DNA of 64,000 nucleotides from a virus (Duplodnaviria; Heunggongvirae; Uroviricota; Caudoviricetes): IMG/VR virus record IMGVR_UViG_2721755676_000001; one strand, 5' to 3'. Shown piece by piece: positions 1 to 10,859 of this stretch (position 1 is its first letter; each line of letters starts with the position of its first letter). The notes under the pieces were generated by a model. It saw only the letters and a program-made list of their open reading frames with translations, ran no database searches and was not told where the DNA came from. The position numbers and the translations under genes were made by a program.

Positions 1-5
1 CAATT

Positions 6-3000
6 ATGGTCAGTCAAACCAATGAACAAGCATTAGAGTCGGCCATTGAGAAATGTCTGGCTGGGATCAGTACTGAAGAGCTCAAAGAGGGGCTGAGTCA
101 GCAGTCACTGGGTGCTGGATACTTCATTGGTGCTGCTAGTGACTTTAATATGCAATATGCCATTGATGAACGTTTTTTCTGGCAATTTCTGCAAAAGACA
201 CAAGAAGTAGAGTTGGCCAAACTGCAAAAGAACAACCCCTCAGATTGGAAACGTAAGTTACTCGAACGATTTGACCGACTGATTAAGAAGCATGGCATTC
301 TTCATTTACTTAAGAAAGGGCTAAGCGTAGACGATGCTCATTTCAATTTGCTCTATCCAGCCCCTTTGGCAAGTAGTAGTGAGAAGGTAAAGCAAAACTT
401 TGCAGATAACGTGTTTAGTTGTACTCGCCAAGTGCGCTATTCCATGGTAAATCCCCTACAAGAAATCGACATGGTATTGTTTATCAACGGAATACCCTTG
501 ATAACGCTGGAGTTGAAGAACGCATGGACCGGGCAAACAGCACGTTATCACGGCCAAAAGCAGTATCGAGATGATCGGGATGCAACTCAGCCATTGCTGA
601 CCTTTGGCCGCTGCCTAGTGCATATGGCGGTCGATACCGACGAAGTGTATATGACCACCAAGTTATCAGGTAGCAGTACATTCTTCTTGCCGTTCAATAA
701 AGGTCACAATCTTGGACAAGGCAACCCGCCGAATCCATCTGGCCATAAAACGGCATACCTATGGCAAGAAGTATTCACTAAAGACAGCTTGGCGAATATT
801 ATTCAGCATTTTGTGCGTCTGGATGGGTCAAGCAAAGATCCATTACCCAAGCGAACCCTGTTCTTTCCTCGATACCATCAATTGGATGTGGTGAGAAAAT
901 TAGTAGACCATGCCGCCCAGCACGGTGTCGGTCAGACTTACTTAATTCAACACTCAGCCGGTTCAGGTAAGTCTAACTCGATTACCTGGGCAGCTTATCA
1001 GCTAATTGAAACCTATCCTGCTTCGTCTGATGTGGCAGGCGGAAAAAGCTTGGAGCAGCCGTTGTTTGACTCTGTGATTGTGGTCACCGATAGACGCCTA
1101 TTGGACAAGCAGCTGCGGGATAACATTAAAGAGTTTTCTGAAGTAAAGAACATTATTGCCCCAGCGAATAAGTCTTCTGAGCTTAAGCAGGCGCTGGAGA
1201 ATGGCAAAAAGATTATTATAACGACGATTCAGAAATTCCCGTTCATTATTGATGGTATCGCCGATCTTAGTGACAAGCGCTTTGCAGTGATCATCGATGA
1301 AGCACACAGCTCACAGTCTGGTTCGGCGCATGACAATATGAACCGAGCGATGGGCAAGTCTGAAGTCGAAGAGGCAGAAGATGCTCAGGATAAAATCCTT
1401 CAGGCGATGAGATCGCGTAAGATGCGCGGGAATGCGTCGTACCTGGCATTTACAGCGACACCAAAAAACAGCACTTTGGAGAAATTTGGTCAACGCCAAG
1501 AAGATGGCTCTTACAAGCCGTTTCACTTGTATTCGATGAAACAAGCCATTGAAGAAGGCTTCATCTTGGATGTGCTGGCAAATTATACGACGTACAAAAG
1601 TTATTATGAGATTGAGAAATCAATTGCTGATAACCCTGAGTTTGATACCAAAAAGGCGCAGAAAAAACTCAGAGCTTATGTAGAACGAAGCCAGCAAACA
1701 ATTGATATCAAGGCAGAGATTATGCTGGAGCATTTTGTTCCGCATGTCGTGAATACGAAAAAGCTCAAAGGTAAAGGTAAAGGAATGGTGGTCACTCAAA
1801 ATATTGAGGCGGCCATTCGATACTACAAAGCGATAAGGCGAATACTTGAGGAGCAAGGAAACCCGTTTAAAGTTGCCATTGCTTTCTCAGGAACCAAAGA
1901 AGTTGATGGTATTGAATATACCGAAGCAGATATTAATGGTTTTGCCGAGTCAGATACCAAAGATATGTTTGATACCGATGAGTATCGACTTTTAGTGGTT
2001 GCTAACAAGTATCTGACTGGGTTTGACCAGCCTAAGCTTTGCGCCATGTATGTAGATAAGAAGCTCGCCAGTGTCTTGTGTGTTCAGGCGCTATCTAGGC
2101 TCAATCGCAGTGCACCTAAGCTAGGGAAGAAAACAGAAGACTTGTTTATCCTGGATTTTTTCAACTCGGTTGAAGATATTCAATCAGCATTCGATCCTTT
2201 CTATACAGCAACGTCATTGTCCCAAGCTACAGATATAAACGTACTGCACGAGTTGAAAGATGAAATGGACGATGTCGGTGTGTACGAGTGGTATGAAGTT
2301 GAAGACTTTGTGACGCGTTATTTCAAGAATGAAGACGCCCAAACACTCAGTCCAATCATTGATATTGCCGCAGCGCGGTTTGACCATGAACTAGATCTTG
2401 AAGCTGAAGCTAAAGTGGACTTTAAGATTAAAGCCAAACAGTTCGTTAAAATCTATGGGCAGATGGCTTCTATCATGCCTTATGAAATGGTCAGCTGGGA
2501 AAAACTGTTTTGGTTCCTGAAGTTTTTAATACCGAAATTGAAAGTGGAAGATCCCGATGCTGATGCTATTGATGAGCTTCTCGATTCTGTCGATCTGAGT
2601 TCATACGGTTTGCAACGTGTGAAGCTTAACCACAGCATTAAACTTAGTGACCAAGAAGCGGAGCTTGATCCTCAAAATCCGAACCCACGTGGGGTGCATG
2701 GCGGTGAAAAAGAAACTGACCCGCTGGATGAAATCATTCGCACATTTAATGAGCGATGGTTCCAGGGCTGGAGTGCCACACCTGAAGAGCAAAAGGTTAA
2801 GTTCGTGAACATCGCTGAAAGTATCCGCAATCACCCTGACTTCGAATCGAAATACAAAAACAACCCAGATCCCCATAATCGAAATTTGGCCTTCGAAAAA
2901 ATGCTCAAGGAAATCATGCTGCAACGCCGTAAAGATGAACTTGAGCTCTACAAGTTGTTCGCAGGAGATTCAGCATTTAAAGCCTCGTGGACGCAAAGTA

Positions 3001-3023
3001 TGCAACGAATGGTGGGTAGGTAG
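6..3023 (+). CDS. hsdR: Type I restriction enzyme R subunit (HsdR-like nuclease/helicase), 1005 aa
   Basis: N-terminal nuclease motif [16 protein letters not shown]; SF2 helicase motifs [15 protein letters not shown] (DEAH-like), FTATP. No hsdM/hsdS inside window; start may lie upstream of window. Confidence 0.8.
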   Translation: MVSQTNEQALESAIEKCLAGISTEELKEGLSQQSLGAGYFIGAASDFNMQYAIDERFFWQFLQKTQEVELAKLQKNNPSDWKRKLLERFDRLIKKHGILHLLKKGLSVDDAHFNLLYPAPLASSSEKVKQNFADNVFSCTRQVRYSMVNPLQEIDMVLFINGIPLITLELKNAWTGQTARYHGQKQYRDDRDATQPLLTFGRCLVHMAVDTDEVYMTTKLSGSSTFFLPFNKGHNLGQGNPPNPSGHKTAYLWQEVFTKDSLANIIQHFVRLDGSSKDPLPKRTLFFPRYHQLDVVRKLVDHAAQHGVGQTYLIQHSAGSGKSNSITWAAYQLIETYPASSDVAGGKSLEQPLFDSVIVVTDRRLLDKQLRDNIKEFSEVKNIIAPANKSSELKQALENGKKIIITTIQKFPFIIDGIADLSDKRFAVIIDEAHSSQSGSAHDNMNRAMGKSEVEEAEDAQDKILQAMRSRKMRGNASYLAFTATPKNSTLEKFGQRQEDGSYKPFHLYSMKQAIEEGFILDVLANYTTYKSYYEIEKSIADNPEFDTKKAQKKLRAYVERSQQTIDIKAEIMLEHFVPHVVNTKKLKGKGKGMVVTQNIEAAIRYYKAIRRILEEQGNPFKVAIAFSGTKEVDGIEYTEADINGFAESDTKDMFDTDEYRLLVVANKYLTGFDQPKLCAMYVDKKLASVLCVQALSRLNRSAPKLGKKTEDLFILDFFNSVEDIQSAFDPFYTATSLSQATDINVLHELKDEMDDVGVYEWYEVEDFVTRYFKNEDAQTLSPIIDIAAARFDHELDLEAEAKVDFKIKAKQFVKIYGQMASIMPYEMVSWEKLFWFLKFLIPKLKVEDPDADAIDELLDSVDLSSYGLQRVKLNHSIKLSDQEAELDPQNPNPRGVHGGEKETDPLDEIIRTFNERWFQGWSATPEEQKVKFVNIAESIRNHPDFESKYKNNPDPHNRNLAFEKMLKEIMLQRRKDELELYKLFAGDSAFKASWTQSMQRMVGR

Positions 3024-3037
3024 AAAGGAGTGATGGT

Positions 3038-3245
3038 TTGCTGAAGGCAGTCTCAGAGTTATTAGGTGGGTCACCAGGCCTGAAAGGACGTCAAATTGCC
3101 AAGGAGCTGGGGCTGGTCAGCTGTCAGCAGCCGACTCACCGGTATAAACGTGGTGGTCATGAACATGTTGCTATCCCTAACTACCTTGAACGGCAGTTCG
3201 CCGTGACCGAGCCAAATCAGGTGTGGTGCGGTGATATTACTTATA
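3038..3245 (+). CDS. IS3-family transposase OrfB, exon 1 (N-terminally truncated)
   Basis: Translation ...[19 protein letters not shown] then runs into intron; track ORF 3038..3310 continues into intron sequence. Confidence 0.6.
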
Positions 3246-3901
3246 GTGTGCCCGGAGTTCAGGGCGGGCATGGATGCTTAAATGAACCGCGAGTCTGTCT
3301 GGAATATTGAACCGGTAACTCACGATGAGAACCCCAACAATCCCACCGGGTGTGACGGTGGAGAACCTGAGCGGCAGTGACCTGCGGCATGCCCGCAGGG
3401 TGATGTAACCCGCTGACAACGGGGATTGAGGCGAGATCACTAAGCCGAGATGATCCTCAAGGTTAAGTACTGAAAGGCTGAAGAACATGAACCCGTTAAT
3501 CCGCCTCTGTGGGTTGAAAACGTCACCACGGCCTACGTGATCTGACAGGCCGTGCAGGAGGAACTGGCAGTGATACGTAAGCACTGCCGGTCGAAGGTGT
3601 TTTGACATGTATGCGAAACACCGGGGCAGCAGCGTCTATCACGCTTGCGTTGCTGACTTCTGCCAACTTGCGGCAAGCAAGGATAAAGAGTGCGACGGGC
3701 AGCCTCCTCAGTATGCCTGAGTCCAGGCAGGTAAACTGGGGAAGGTCAGCGACGGATGTTAAGGGGGCATGGCTCCGATGACGCGCTGGCTGGCGGAGCT
3801 TCCGTAGTAGTCCGCGATGGGGAAAGCCCATTACATGGCGAAGGGAAGCAGTTTGAATGTGTTTGCGACGTGAATTAACTGACCTAACGAGGTGAAGACC
3901 T

Positions 3902-5425
3902 TTGATAATCAGCGAAATGCAACGCAAGCTTGCCACATGGGCAGCCACCGTTCCGTCCCTACGGATTCAACGGCTGCTGCGTCTGATAACACAACCAGAA
4001 TGGCTGGCTGAAGCGGCGCGGATCACGCTTTCATCAAAGGGGGCGCATACCCCCGGCGTTGATGGCGTGAACAAAACAATGCTACAGGCCAGACTGGCTG
4101 TTGAGCTGCAAATCCTCAGGGATGAATTACTCTCAGGCCACTACCAGCCCTTGCCCGCCAGACGGGTTTACATCCCTAAAAGCAACGGCAAACTGCGACC
4201 ACTGGGTATCCCCGCGTTGCGGGATCGTATTGTTCAGCGGGCCATGCTGATGGCGATGGAGCCGATATGGGAGAGTGATTTTCATACGCTCTCATATGGC
4301 TTCCGGCCTGAGCGCAGTGTCCACCACGCGATCCGCACGGTGAAATTACAGCTCACAGACTGCGGTGAAACCCGGGGACGCTGGGTGATTGAAGGCGACC
4401 TGTCCAGTTACTTCGACACCGTACATCATCGACTGCTGATGAAGGTTGTACGCCGCAGGATCAGTGACGCACGTTTCATGACTCTGCTGTGGAAAACCAT
4501 CAAGGCGGGACATATCGATGTCGGTCTCTTTCGGGCGGCCAGTGAAGGTGTGCCACAGGGCGGTGTTATATCGCCGCTATTATCGAACATCATGCTGAAT
4601 GAGTTCGATCAATACCTGCATGAGCGCTACCTGAGCGGGAAAGCCAGAAAAGATCGGTGGTACTGGAATAACAGTATCCAACGGGGCCGAAGTACGGCGG
4701 TCAGAGAAAACTGGCAGTGGAAACCCGCGGTGGCGTACTGCCGCTATGCCGATGATTTTGTCCTCATCGTCAAAGGCACCAAAGCACAGGCGGAAGCCAT
4801 CAGGGAGGAGTGTCGGGGTGTGCTCGAAGGCAGTCTGAAACTCAGGCTGAACATGGATAAGACTAAAATCACCCATGTTAATGACGGCTTTATCTTTCTG
4901 GGGCACAGGATCATTCGCAAACGCAGTCGTTATGGCGAGATGCGAGTGGTCTCAACGATCCCGCAGGAGAAAGCCAGAAACTTCGCCGCATCGCTGACAG
5001 CACTGTTATCAGGCAACTACAGTGAAAGCAAAGTCGATATGGCTGAACAACTCAACCGAAAACTGAAAGGCTGGGCCATGTTCTATAAGTTCGTTGATTT
5101 TAAGGCCAAAGTCTTCAGTTATATCGACCGTGTCGTGTTCTGGAAGCTGGCTCACTGGCTGGCCCGCAAATACCGTACAGGTATCGCTTCCCTGATGAGG
5201 TGGTGGTGTAAATCACCGAAACCGGGTCAGAGCAAAACGTGGGTTTTATTTGGTAAAACCAATCACGGCAAGCTCAGCGGCGAAATACTGTACCGGTTGG
5301 TGGGGCAAGGCAAGAAGCTGTTCCGCTGGCGGCTACCCGAAGGTAATCCCTATCTGAGGACGGAGACCAGAAACACGTATACATCGCGCTTTACAGAAGT
5401 GGCAATGGCGTTCGCCAGCATTTAA
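3902..5425 (+). CDS. Group II intron-encoded reverse transcriptase/maturase
   Basis: 507-aa ORF with RT block incl. YADD (AYCRYADDFVLIV) and C-terminal maturase-like region; alternative start at 3917 (MQRKLATW). Confidence 0.9.
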   Translation: MIISEMQRKLATWAATVPSLRIQRLLRLITQPEWLAEAARITLSSKGAHTPGVDGVNKTMLQARLAVELQILRDELLSGHYQPLPARRVYIPKSNGKLRPLGIPALRDRIVQRAMLMAMEPIWESDFHTLSYGFRPERSVHHAIRTVKLQLTDCGETRGRWVIEGDLSSYFDTVHHRLLMKVVRRRISDARFMTLLWKTIKAGHIDVGLFRAASEGVPQGGVISPLLSNIMLNEFDQYLHERYLSGKARKDRWYWNNSIQRGRSTAVRENWQWKPAVAYCRYADDFVLIVKGTKAQAEAIREECRGVLEGSLKLRLNMDKTKITHVNDGFIFLGHRIIRKRSRYGEMRVVSTIPQEKARNFAASLTALLSGNYSESKVDMAEQLNRKLKGWAMFYKFVDFKAKVFSYIDRVVFWKLAHWLARKYRTGIASLMRWWCKSPKPGQSKTWVLFGKTNHGKLSGEILYRLVGQGKKLFRWRLPEGNPYLRTETRNTYTSRFTEVAMAFASI

Positions 5426-5430
5426 ATGGA

Positions 5431-5464
5431 GAGCCGGATGCGCTGAAAGGTGCACGTCCGGTTC
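5431..5464 (+). ncRNA. Candidate group II intron domain V
   Basis: GAGCCGGATGCGCTGAAAGGTGCACGTCCGGTTC resembles the domain V consensus hairpin with GAAA-type loop, directly after the RT ORF stop. Confidence 0.55.
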
Positions 5465-5487
5465 GGGGAGGAGAGGCAGGGAAATAG

Positions 5488-5994
<507 letters not shown>

Positions 5995-6173
5995 CACTTC
6001 ATCTACACTCGCGGCATTGGAAGCAAAGATATGGTCGTCTGGCACCTGATGCACATTGATAAGGCTATCAACCACACGCTGGAGAAGTTCTTTCCACCAG
6101 CCTGAACACAATGATTGTGCGCCTTATAGCGCCCATTAATATAGATAAGTACTTACCAACAAGGAGAAAACAC

Positions 6174-6449
6174 ATGAAGACTTTGGTTCGCATTTCATCT
6201 AGTACCGACTATGACGTTTACCCGTTGTTCATGATCAAGTGCGACGGGCTGAACGATGAAGAAATTCAAGCGGCAATTGAACGCAATCTAGTTGAATACA
6301 CAGGAATGGATGCGGATTCTATTTATATCGATGATGACGGTGTTTGTTGGCACAACGGTAGCTGCTGGTACGTAGACGACACAATGCTGGTAAGCGATGA
6401 AGACGCGGCCCATCTTGAGCGCATTTTGGGTATCAGCACTTTTGAGTGA
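6174..6449 (+). CDS. Hypothetical small phage-type protein (91 aa from MKTLVRISS)
   Basis: ATG at 6174 preceded by AAGGAGAAAACACATG, the initiation context shared with other early genes in the window. Confidence 0.5.
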   Translation: MKTLVRISSSTDYDVYPLFMIKCDGLNDEEIQAAIERNLVEYTGMDADSIYIDDDGVCWHNGSCWYVDDTMLVSDEDAAHLERILGISTFE

Positions 6450-6489
6450 TATTTACAGCAAAAATATATAAGTTAGCATTTACCTATCG

Positions 6490-6669
6490 TGAAAATTTTA
6501 TTAGATATCACGTTACTTATTATCTCGATAGCCTTTGTGCTCGACTGCATCTTCACAGGGGCAATCCGTAAAGCGCTGGCGCCTGTTAATGATGTGATGA
6601 TCAATGCGCTGGCCGTAGTACTGGTCTTCGACTCAGCATTAGGCGTTTTCAAAGGAGTCGTGGCATGAA
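6490..6669 (+). CDS. Possible small hydrophobic membrane protein (about 59 aa, GTG start)
   Basis: Open frame VKILLDITLLIISIAFVLDCIF...; stop overlaps ATG of next gene (ATGA); below track size cutoff. Confidence 0.3.
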
Positions 6670-7000
6670 GAAAACAGCCCTGGTACTGGCGCTGCTCACT
6701 CTCCCCGTCTTTGCGGACACACATGTCTATGAGTGCGAAATGTTTGTGGTCGAAGCGAAAAACGGCCTGATCCGCAACGCCGTTAAAGCTAATTACGGCG
6801 CGATGGTTGTGGACCGTGGCGAACAGTTTTATGTGGTACGCGATGATCGCGTCCTGTCTTCCCCGTTTCTCACTAAACGTAACGGCGAACTATCTGGCGT
6901 AGGTAAAGATAGGTTCGTTTACAACAAATCGGGTGATGTATACGGCGTTCACGCGAAGAACGACAGCTACCTTTTCGATGACTGCAAGGAGGTTGGGTAA
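6665..7000 (+). CDS. Secreted/periplasmic hypothetical protein with signal peptide
   Basis: N-terminus MKKTALVLALLTLPVFADT; RBS GGAG upstream. Confidence 0.55.
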   Translation: MKKTALVLALLTLPVFADTHVYECEMFVVEAKNGLIRNAVKANYGAMVVDRGEQFYVVRDDRVLSSPFLTKRNGELSGVGKDRFVYNKSGDVYGVHAKNDSYLFDDCKEVG

Positions 7001-7212
7001 TGGCATTAACACTGGCAGGTCTGGAAATCGAGAAAACAAGCGGCTACTGGCGTGCTAAGGGTTTCAAGCAGCCTGGCATTCTTGAGCGTCTGGAACGTGA
7101 AGATGGGTATATCGTCCACCAGCGGCGTGAATGGCGTATGTACGATCCAGAAACAGGAAAACTGACTACAAAAGCCGGAACACTTTGGGGTCTGTTAAAG
7201 AAAATACACTAA
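7000..7212 (+). CDS. Hypothetical small protein (70 aa)
   Basis: Translationally coupled to previous ORF (overlapping stop/start). Confidence 0.4.
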   Translation: MALTLAGLEIEKTSGYWRAKGFKQPGILERLEREDGYIVHQRREWRMYDPETGKLTTKAGTLWGLLKKIH

Positions 7213-7258
7213 ATGCAAACTGACTGCGGCACGTTCCGCAGTCATATTTCATAGTCGT

Positions 7259-7791
7259 CACCGCTGACAGCATACACAATCAACTACCGCTGATAGCATA
7301 TCGAGAGTCTATCTCACCGCTCACAGCATACTTTACTCGATTTTTTACCGCTGACAGCATACTTAAGACATTGCATGAATAATGTGTCCCGGTATGGGTA
7401 TAACCAGAACAAAATTACCGCTGGCAGCATACGAAGGTCTGACATATACCATTAATTACCGCTGATAGCATATCCAAACAAAAATTCCTCAATAAAACAC
7501 CGCTGACAGCATACATTCTATCAGGGAGTAGCAGGCAATAAATGCCTTTCACTACAAGCAATCAGCGCAATAGCAATAGAATGTTAGTGAGCGCAAACCT
7601 ATATGGAATGCACTCTTCGAGGTTAGTAACCACTGGGGAGGTATGGCAGAGCATTGAGTGGTGATAGATGATTTACCGCTCACAGCATACGTTCATCTCA
7701 CTATACCGCTGGTAGCATATCTTTAACCGTTCACAGCATACTTTTCAGAAAAATAGCCGCTGATAGCATACATTTCACCGCTGACAGCATA
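7259..7791. repeat. Iteron array downstream of repA (incA-like), about 12 copies of ACCGCTGACAGCATAC with variants
   Basis: Repeats CCGCTGACAGCATAC / CCGCTGATAGCATAT / CCGCTCACAGCATAC at irregular 20-80 bp spacing. Confidence 0.8.
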
Positions 7792-8886
7792 TCAAAGCAG
7801 TTTGAGACTATTGGAAAGGATCTCAATCATCTTGATATTTTCAGGCGTCAAATTCTGCGAAAGTTCGGTTATCTTATTGATAATGTTCTGTTTGGCATCA
7901 ATTTCCCCGGCTTTCTCATCTGGTTTTTTGGGTTCGATGTCTTCAGGTTTTGGCGGTGCGACTTTGAGTTTTGGATTGCGGCTGTGAATCTGGATATAGA
8001 TCGACCGCCCACGCTTAATCTCGCTGTATTCGAGATAGCCCAAATCTTGGAGAGCTTTTAAGCCGTTACGTATAGTCTGATTCTGCGAGCTGACATTCCT
8101 GCTACTCAAATTGAGTCGCGCACGCAATCGAGCAAGCGATACCGGCGCAGGCTTGGTTGGAAGACTTTCGATGAAGGTGTACAGAGCCTGTGCTGTTTCT
8201 TTGCGTGGTAGCTTATTGATAACCTTTAACTGCAAAAGAACCTTATGGTCAAAGCGATATAGTTCGGCCAGCTTCGGTTCTGCATAGAACACCACCGTAT
8301 CTTTCTGCTCGTTGTAGTCCACGCTATTGATGAGGTGCACCATCAGAAGCGAGATCTTGTTAGAGCCGTCGACGTTCTTTTCTTCATACGTTCTCTGGAA
8401 AGACAGAGTTGTACGCATGATCTTCAAAAGACTGTTTGTAAGCCGGTCGCGGAGTGTTTTGCGGATCTGTGACGATGGATAGCCACAAAACTTCGCAAAT
8501 TTCGTGATGCTTAACTCGACACGACCGTTAGGTTCGCCGTATTCTGCCAGCGAACGCACAACGCCCACCCACGTTTTGAAATCATGATCCATGTCGAGAC
8601 GAGGACCGGTTATCTTGATATCGGAATAGCCTTCAGAACGGGCTACTTCGAGCTGGACAAGCTCCTTTGAAGCATCGATCTCATTTGGCTTGTTACGTTT
8701 ACTGTATTTTGTTCCCTTAAGCGTGGGGACGAACAACCCCAGTCGCATCAACGCAATTGGTTGGACTGTATTGTTGCTATTAGGGACAAGTTCCCCTGTG
8801 TACAATTCAAGGGAACCTTCTTCAAAGTTGTCGATGTTATCTTCTACTTCTTTGTTATTTTTACCTTTTTTATTTTTTGTGGACAT
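7792..8886 (-). CDS. repA: Iteron-binding plasmid replication initiator RepA (364 aa from MSTKNKKGK)
   Basis: ORF flanked on both sides by the same iterons; first 40 codons of track ORF 7792..9006 are translated iterons, so start reassigned to 8886. Confidence 0.75.
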   Translation of the reverse strand: MSTKNKKGKNNKEVEDNIDNFEEGSLELYTGELVPNSNNTVQPIALMRLGLFVPTLKGTKYSKRNKPNEIDASKELVQLEVARSEGYSDIKITGPRLDMDHDFKTWVGVVRSLAEYGEPNGRVELSITKFAKFCGYPSSQIRKTLRDRLTNSLLKIMRTTLSFQRTYEEKNVDGSNKISLLMVHLINSVDYNEQKDTVVFYAEPKLAELYRFDHKVLLQLKVINKLPRKETAQALYTFIESLPTKPAPVSLARLRARLNLSSRNVSSQNQTIRNGLKALQDLGYLEYSEIKRGRSIYIQIHSRNPKLKVAPPKPEDIEPKKPDEKAGEIDAKQNIINKITELSQNLTPENIKMIEILSNSLKLL

Positions 8887-8905
8887 GTGGACACCTTTGT
8901 CATTC

Positions 8906-9009
8906 AACCGCTGACAGCATACTTGATTTGCCGCTGACAGAATACCAAAAACAGTTGGCAGCATACGGTGAACCGCTGACAGACTATCAATTACCGCTGA
9001 CAGCATACA
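8906..9009. repeat. Iteron array upstream of repA (incC/origin-like), about 5 copies
   Basis: AACCGCTGACAGCATAC, GCCGCTGACAGAATAC, TTGGCAGCATAC, AACCGCTGACAGACTATC, TTACCGCTGACAGCATAC. Confidence 0.75.
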
Positions 9010-9044
9010 TGAACATGACTTCAGACCAGTCGTGGCGCGGCTTA

Positions 9045-9125
9045 CAGCGATCGGGGATCTTATTTGATCTATATAAGGATCTATCTATGGATCTCTTTAT
9101 TAGGATCTATCCTGTGGATATGTGA
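9045..9125. promoter_or_regulatory. Putative plasmid origin core: cluster of 6 GATC sites in GGATCT repeats plus DnaA-box-like TGTGGATAT
   Basis: GATC at about 9049, 9056, 9066, 9079, 9091, 9105; TGTGGATAT at 9113-9121; same layout as P1 oriR next to incC iterons. Confidence 0.5.
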
Positions 9126-9406
9126 ATAATTAAAACAGGCATTTACTACCTTCGGCGCACCTGGTGGGTTATCGTTGCCTCGGCTAACAATCACAGAAAA
9201 ATGACATATGGATCTAAAACGCACGGGCTGGGTTCACGTATAGGAAATTGAAAAACCAGTCGATACCATTGTCCACGCCTTATGCCACGTGAGCCTTTCT
9301 GCTTTTCCCACCACTCCGGTGGTTTCCCTCTCTGTATGGTCGATTTTTATACCGTAACAGGCTGTTTTTTATACTTTCATCGATTCCCGGGCACACTTAG
9401 CCTGTG

Positions 9407-10606
9407 TCAGGCCGGCATATACCTCAGTAGACTGATATCCCGCGCGTTTTTCTTCAGCCCTGATACATTCAGCCCCGCAATGGCCCGGCGGTATACCATC
9501 CGGCAGCCACACAGCACGCATTCGAACGGGTCACGACTCAGGAACTGTTTCACCATTTGTGCATAGCACACTTTCGCCACTGGTTCCGGTTTATCCATCC
9601 CCAGTGCACGGTACACCTGCGGCAGCTTCTCTCCACACACACGGTTGGCAAGGAACCCGAAGTACCTCACCATCTTAAAAAACTTCTCCGGGATGTGCTG
9701 TTTCAGCCTCGCGACCAGCTCACGCTGTGTCAGCGTTTCCGTCGCCGTTTCTCCCGTTTTGTGGTCCAGGTAACGGAAGCTCAGGCTTGCCCCTCCGTTG
9801 TAATGAGCCAGTCGGGAAGCCGCTATTGGTGGCTTCTTCAGATAACGACCCAGGTAGCGTGCCGTATTCCGCCCTCCGGCTGTCTTCTTCGACATGTACA
9901 CATGCCAGTATTTTCCGCCGGATTTCAGCACCAGGCTTCTCCACTGTGATTCCGTCGTGATATGTGACAACGACTCCGGCATTGCCATCCCCTCTGACCA
10001 CGCTTTCAGAAGCAGCTGCCGCATATTCCACATCCACCGTGAACGCATCGCGTCTTTCAGGAAGCTCAGCTTTTTCCACTGACCATGCTTATTCAGACCT
10101 CCACAGGTTACAGACACATGTACATGCGGATGCCAGTTGAGACGACGGCCATACGTGTGGATGGCGCAGAAGATACCGGGTTCCAGCCCCCGTTTTCGGG
10201 CGGCATACAGCAGATTCTCCACCGCCAGACGGCACACGTCATTCAGCAGCCAGCGGTTGCTTTCGAACACCGGCCACAGCGTGTCCGGCAGGGTGAAGAC
10301 CAGATGTACCCAGTCGCAGTCAGGAAGACGATTCAGCTGTGTTGCTGTCCACAGGTCTGTGGCCTTCTTTCCGCAGGACGGGCAGGCACGGCTGCCGCAT
10401 GAGTTGGTCAGGTACTTTACGTGCTGACAGTCCGGGTTATCACACCCGAACTCTTTTACACCCAGTATCCGTGTGCCGCAGGCCAGCATTTTGGTGACGG
10501 CTTCAACCTCGATATCGCGCAGACCGCCCGCATCCAGGAAGGACGTCCAGCACTGGTTGGCTGTGAACAGACGTTTCAGAGGGCGGGGAGTAAAACCGGA
10601 CAACAT
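9407..10606 (-). CDS. tnpA: IS91-family transposase (399 aa)
   Basis: Zn-finger cysteines (CGSRACPSCGKK), HUH motif NWHPHVHVSV, C-terminal tyrosines ARYLGRYLKKPP. Confidence 0.85.
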   Translation of the reverse strand: MLSGFTPRPLKRLFTANQCWTSFLDAGGLRDIEVEAVTKMLACGTRILGVKEFGCDNPDCQHVKYLTNSCGSRACPSCGKKATDLWTATQLNRLPDCDWVHLVFTLPDTLWPVFESNRWLLNDVCRLAVENLLYAARKRGLEPGIFCAIHTYGRRLNWHPHVHVSVTCGGLNKHGQWKKLSFLKDAMRSRWMWNMRQLLLKAWSEGMAMPESLSHITTESQWRSLVLKSGGKYWHVYMSKKTAGGRNTARYLGRYLKKPPIAASRLAHYNGGASLSFRYLDHKTGETATETLTQRELVARLKQHIPEKFFKMVRYFGFLANRVCGEKLPQVYRALGMDKPEPVAKVCYAQMVKQFLSRDPFECVLCGCRMVYRRAIAGLNVSGLKKNARDISLLRYMPA

Positions 10607-10615
10607 GAGGATGGA

Positions 10616-10804
10616 TTAAACCCCGGTATCCTGTAGCAGGGTAAGGGCTGCTGTATCGCCACGGCGCTTCAGGATGGAGGTCGTCACCATCGCAGGTGGT
10701 GGGTCCATGGGTTTGAGCATTTTCATCCAGTCCCATTCTCGTTGTGAGAGCTTCTCAGCACCAACAGAGAGCAGAACTGTATCGATACTTTTGCGGGTCA
10801 ACAT
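10616..10804 (-). CDS. Small ORF upstream of IS91-family tnpA (62 aa)
   Basis: Ends 9 bp before tnpA start; could be a leader ORF or frame-shifted N-terminal part. Confidence 0.3.
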   Translation of the reverse strand: MLTRKSIDTVLLSVGAEKLSQREWDWMKMLKPMDPPPAMVTTSILKRRGDTAALTLLQDTGV

Positions 10805-10859
10805 AAGGGGATGAGTCCTTAATAAAACAGGTCCTCAGAGCATACATATTCTGCGGGGC

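Noticed and set aside
7259-7791. Regularly recurring about 16-bp repeat that could be mistaken for a CRISPR array
   Set aside because: Spacing is irregular (20-80 bp), repeats are degenerate, no cas genes, and the array flanks a Rep initiator gene; interpreted as plasmid iterons
7792-9006. Full-length 404-aa track ORF as RepA
   Set aside because: First 40 codons are the reverse-complement translation of the upstream iterons; start reassigned to the internal ATG at 8886
9557-10427. Several plus-strand ORFs (9557..9949, 9727..9960, 10085..10402, 10137..10427)
   Set aside because: All overlap the IS91-family transposase gene on the opposite strand and have Arg/Ser/Pro-rich low-complexity translations
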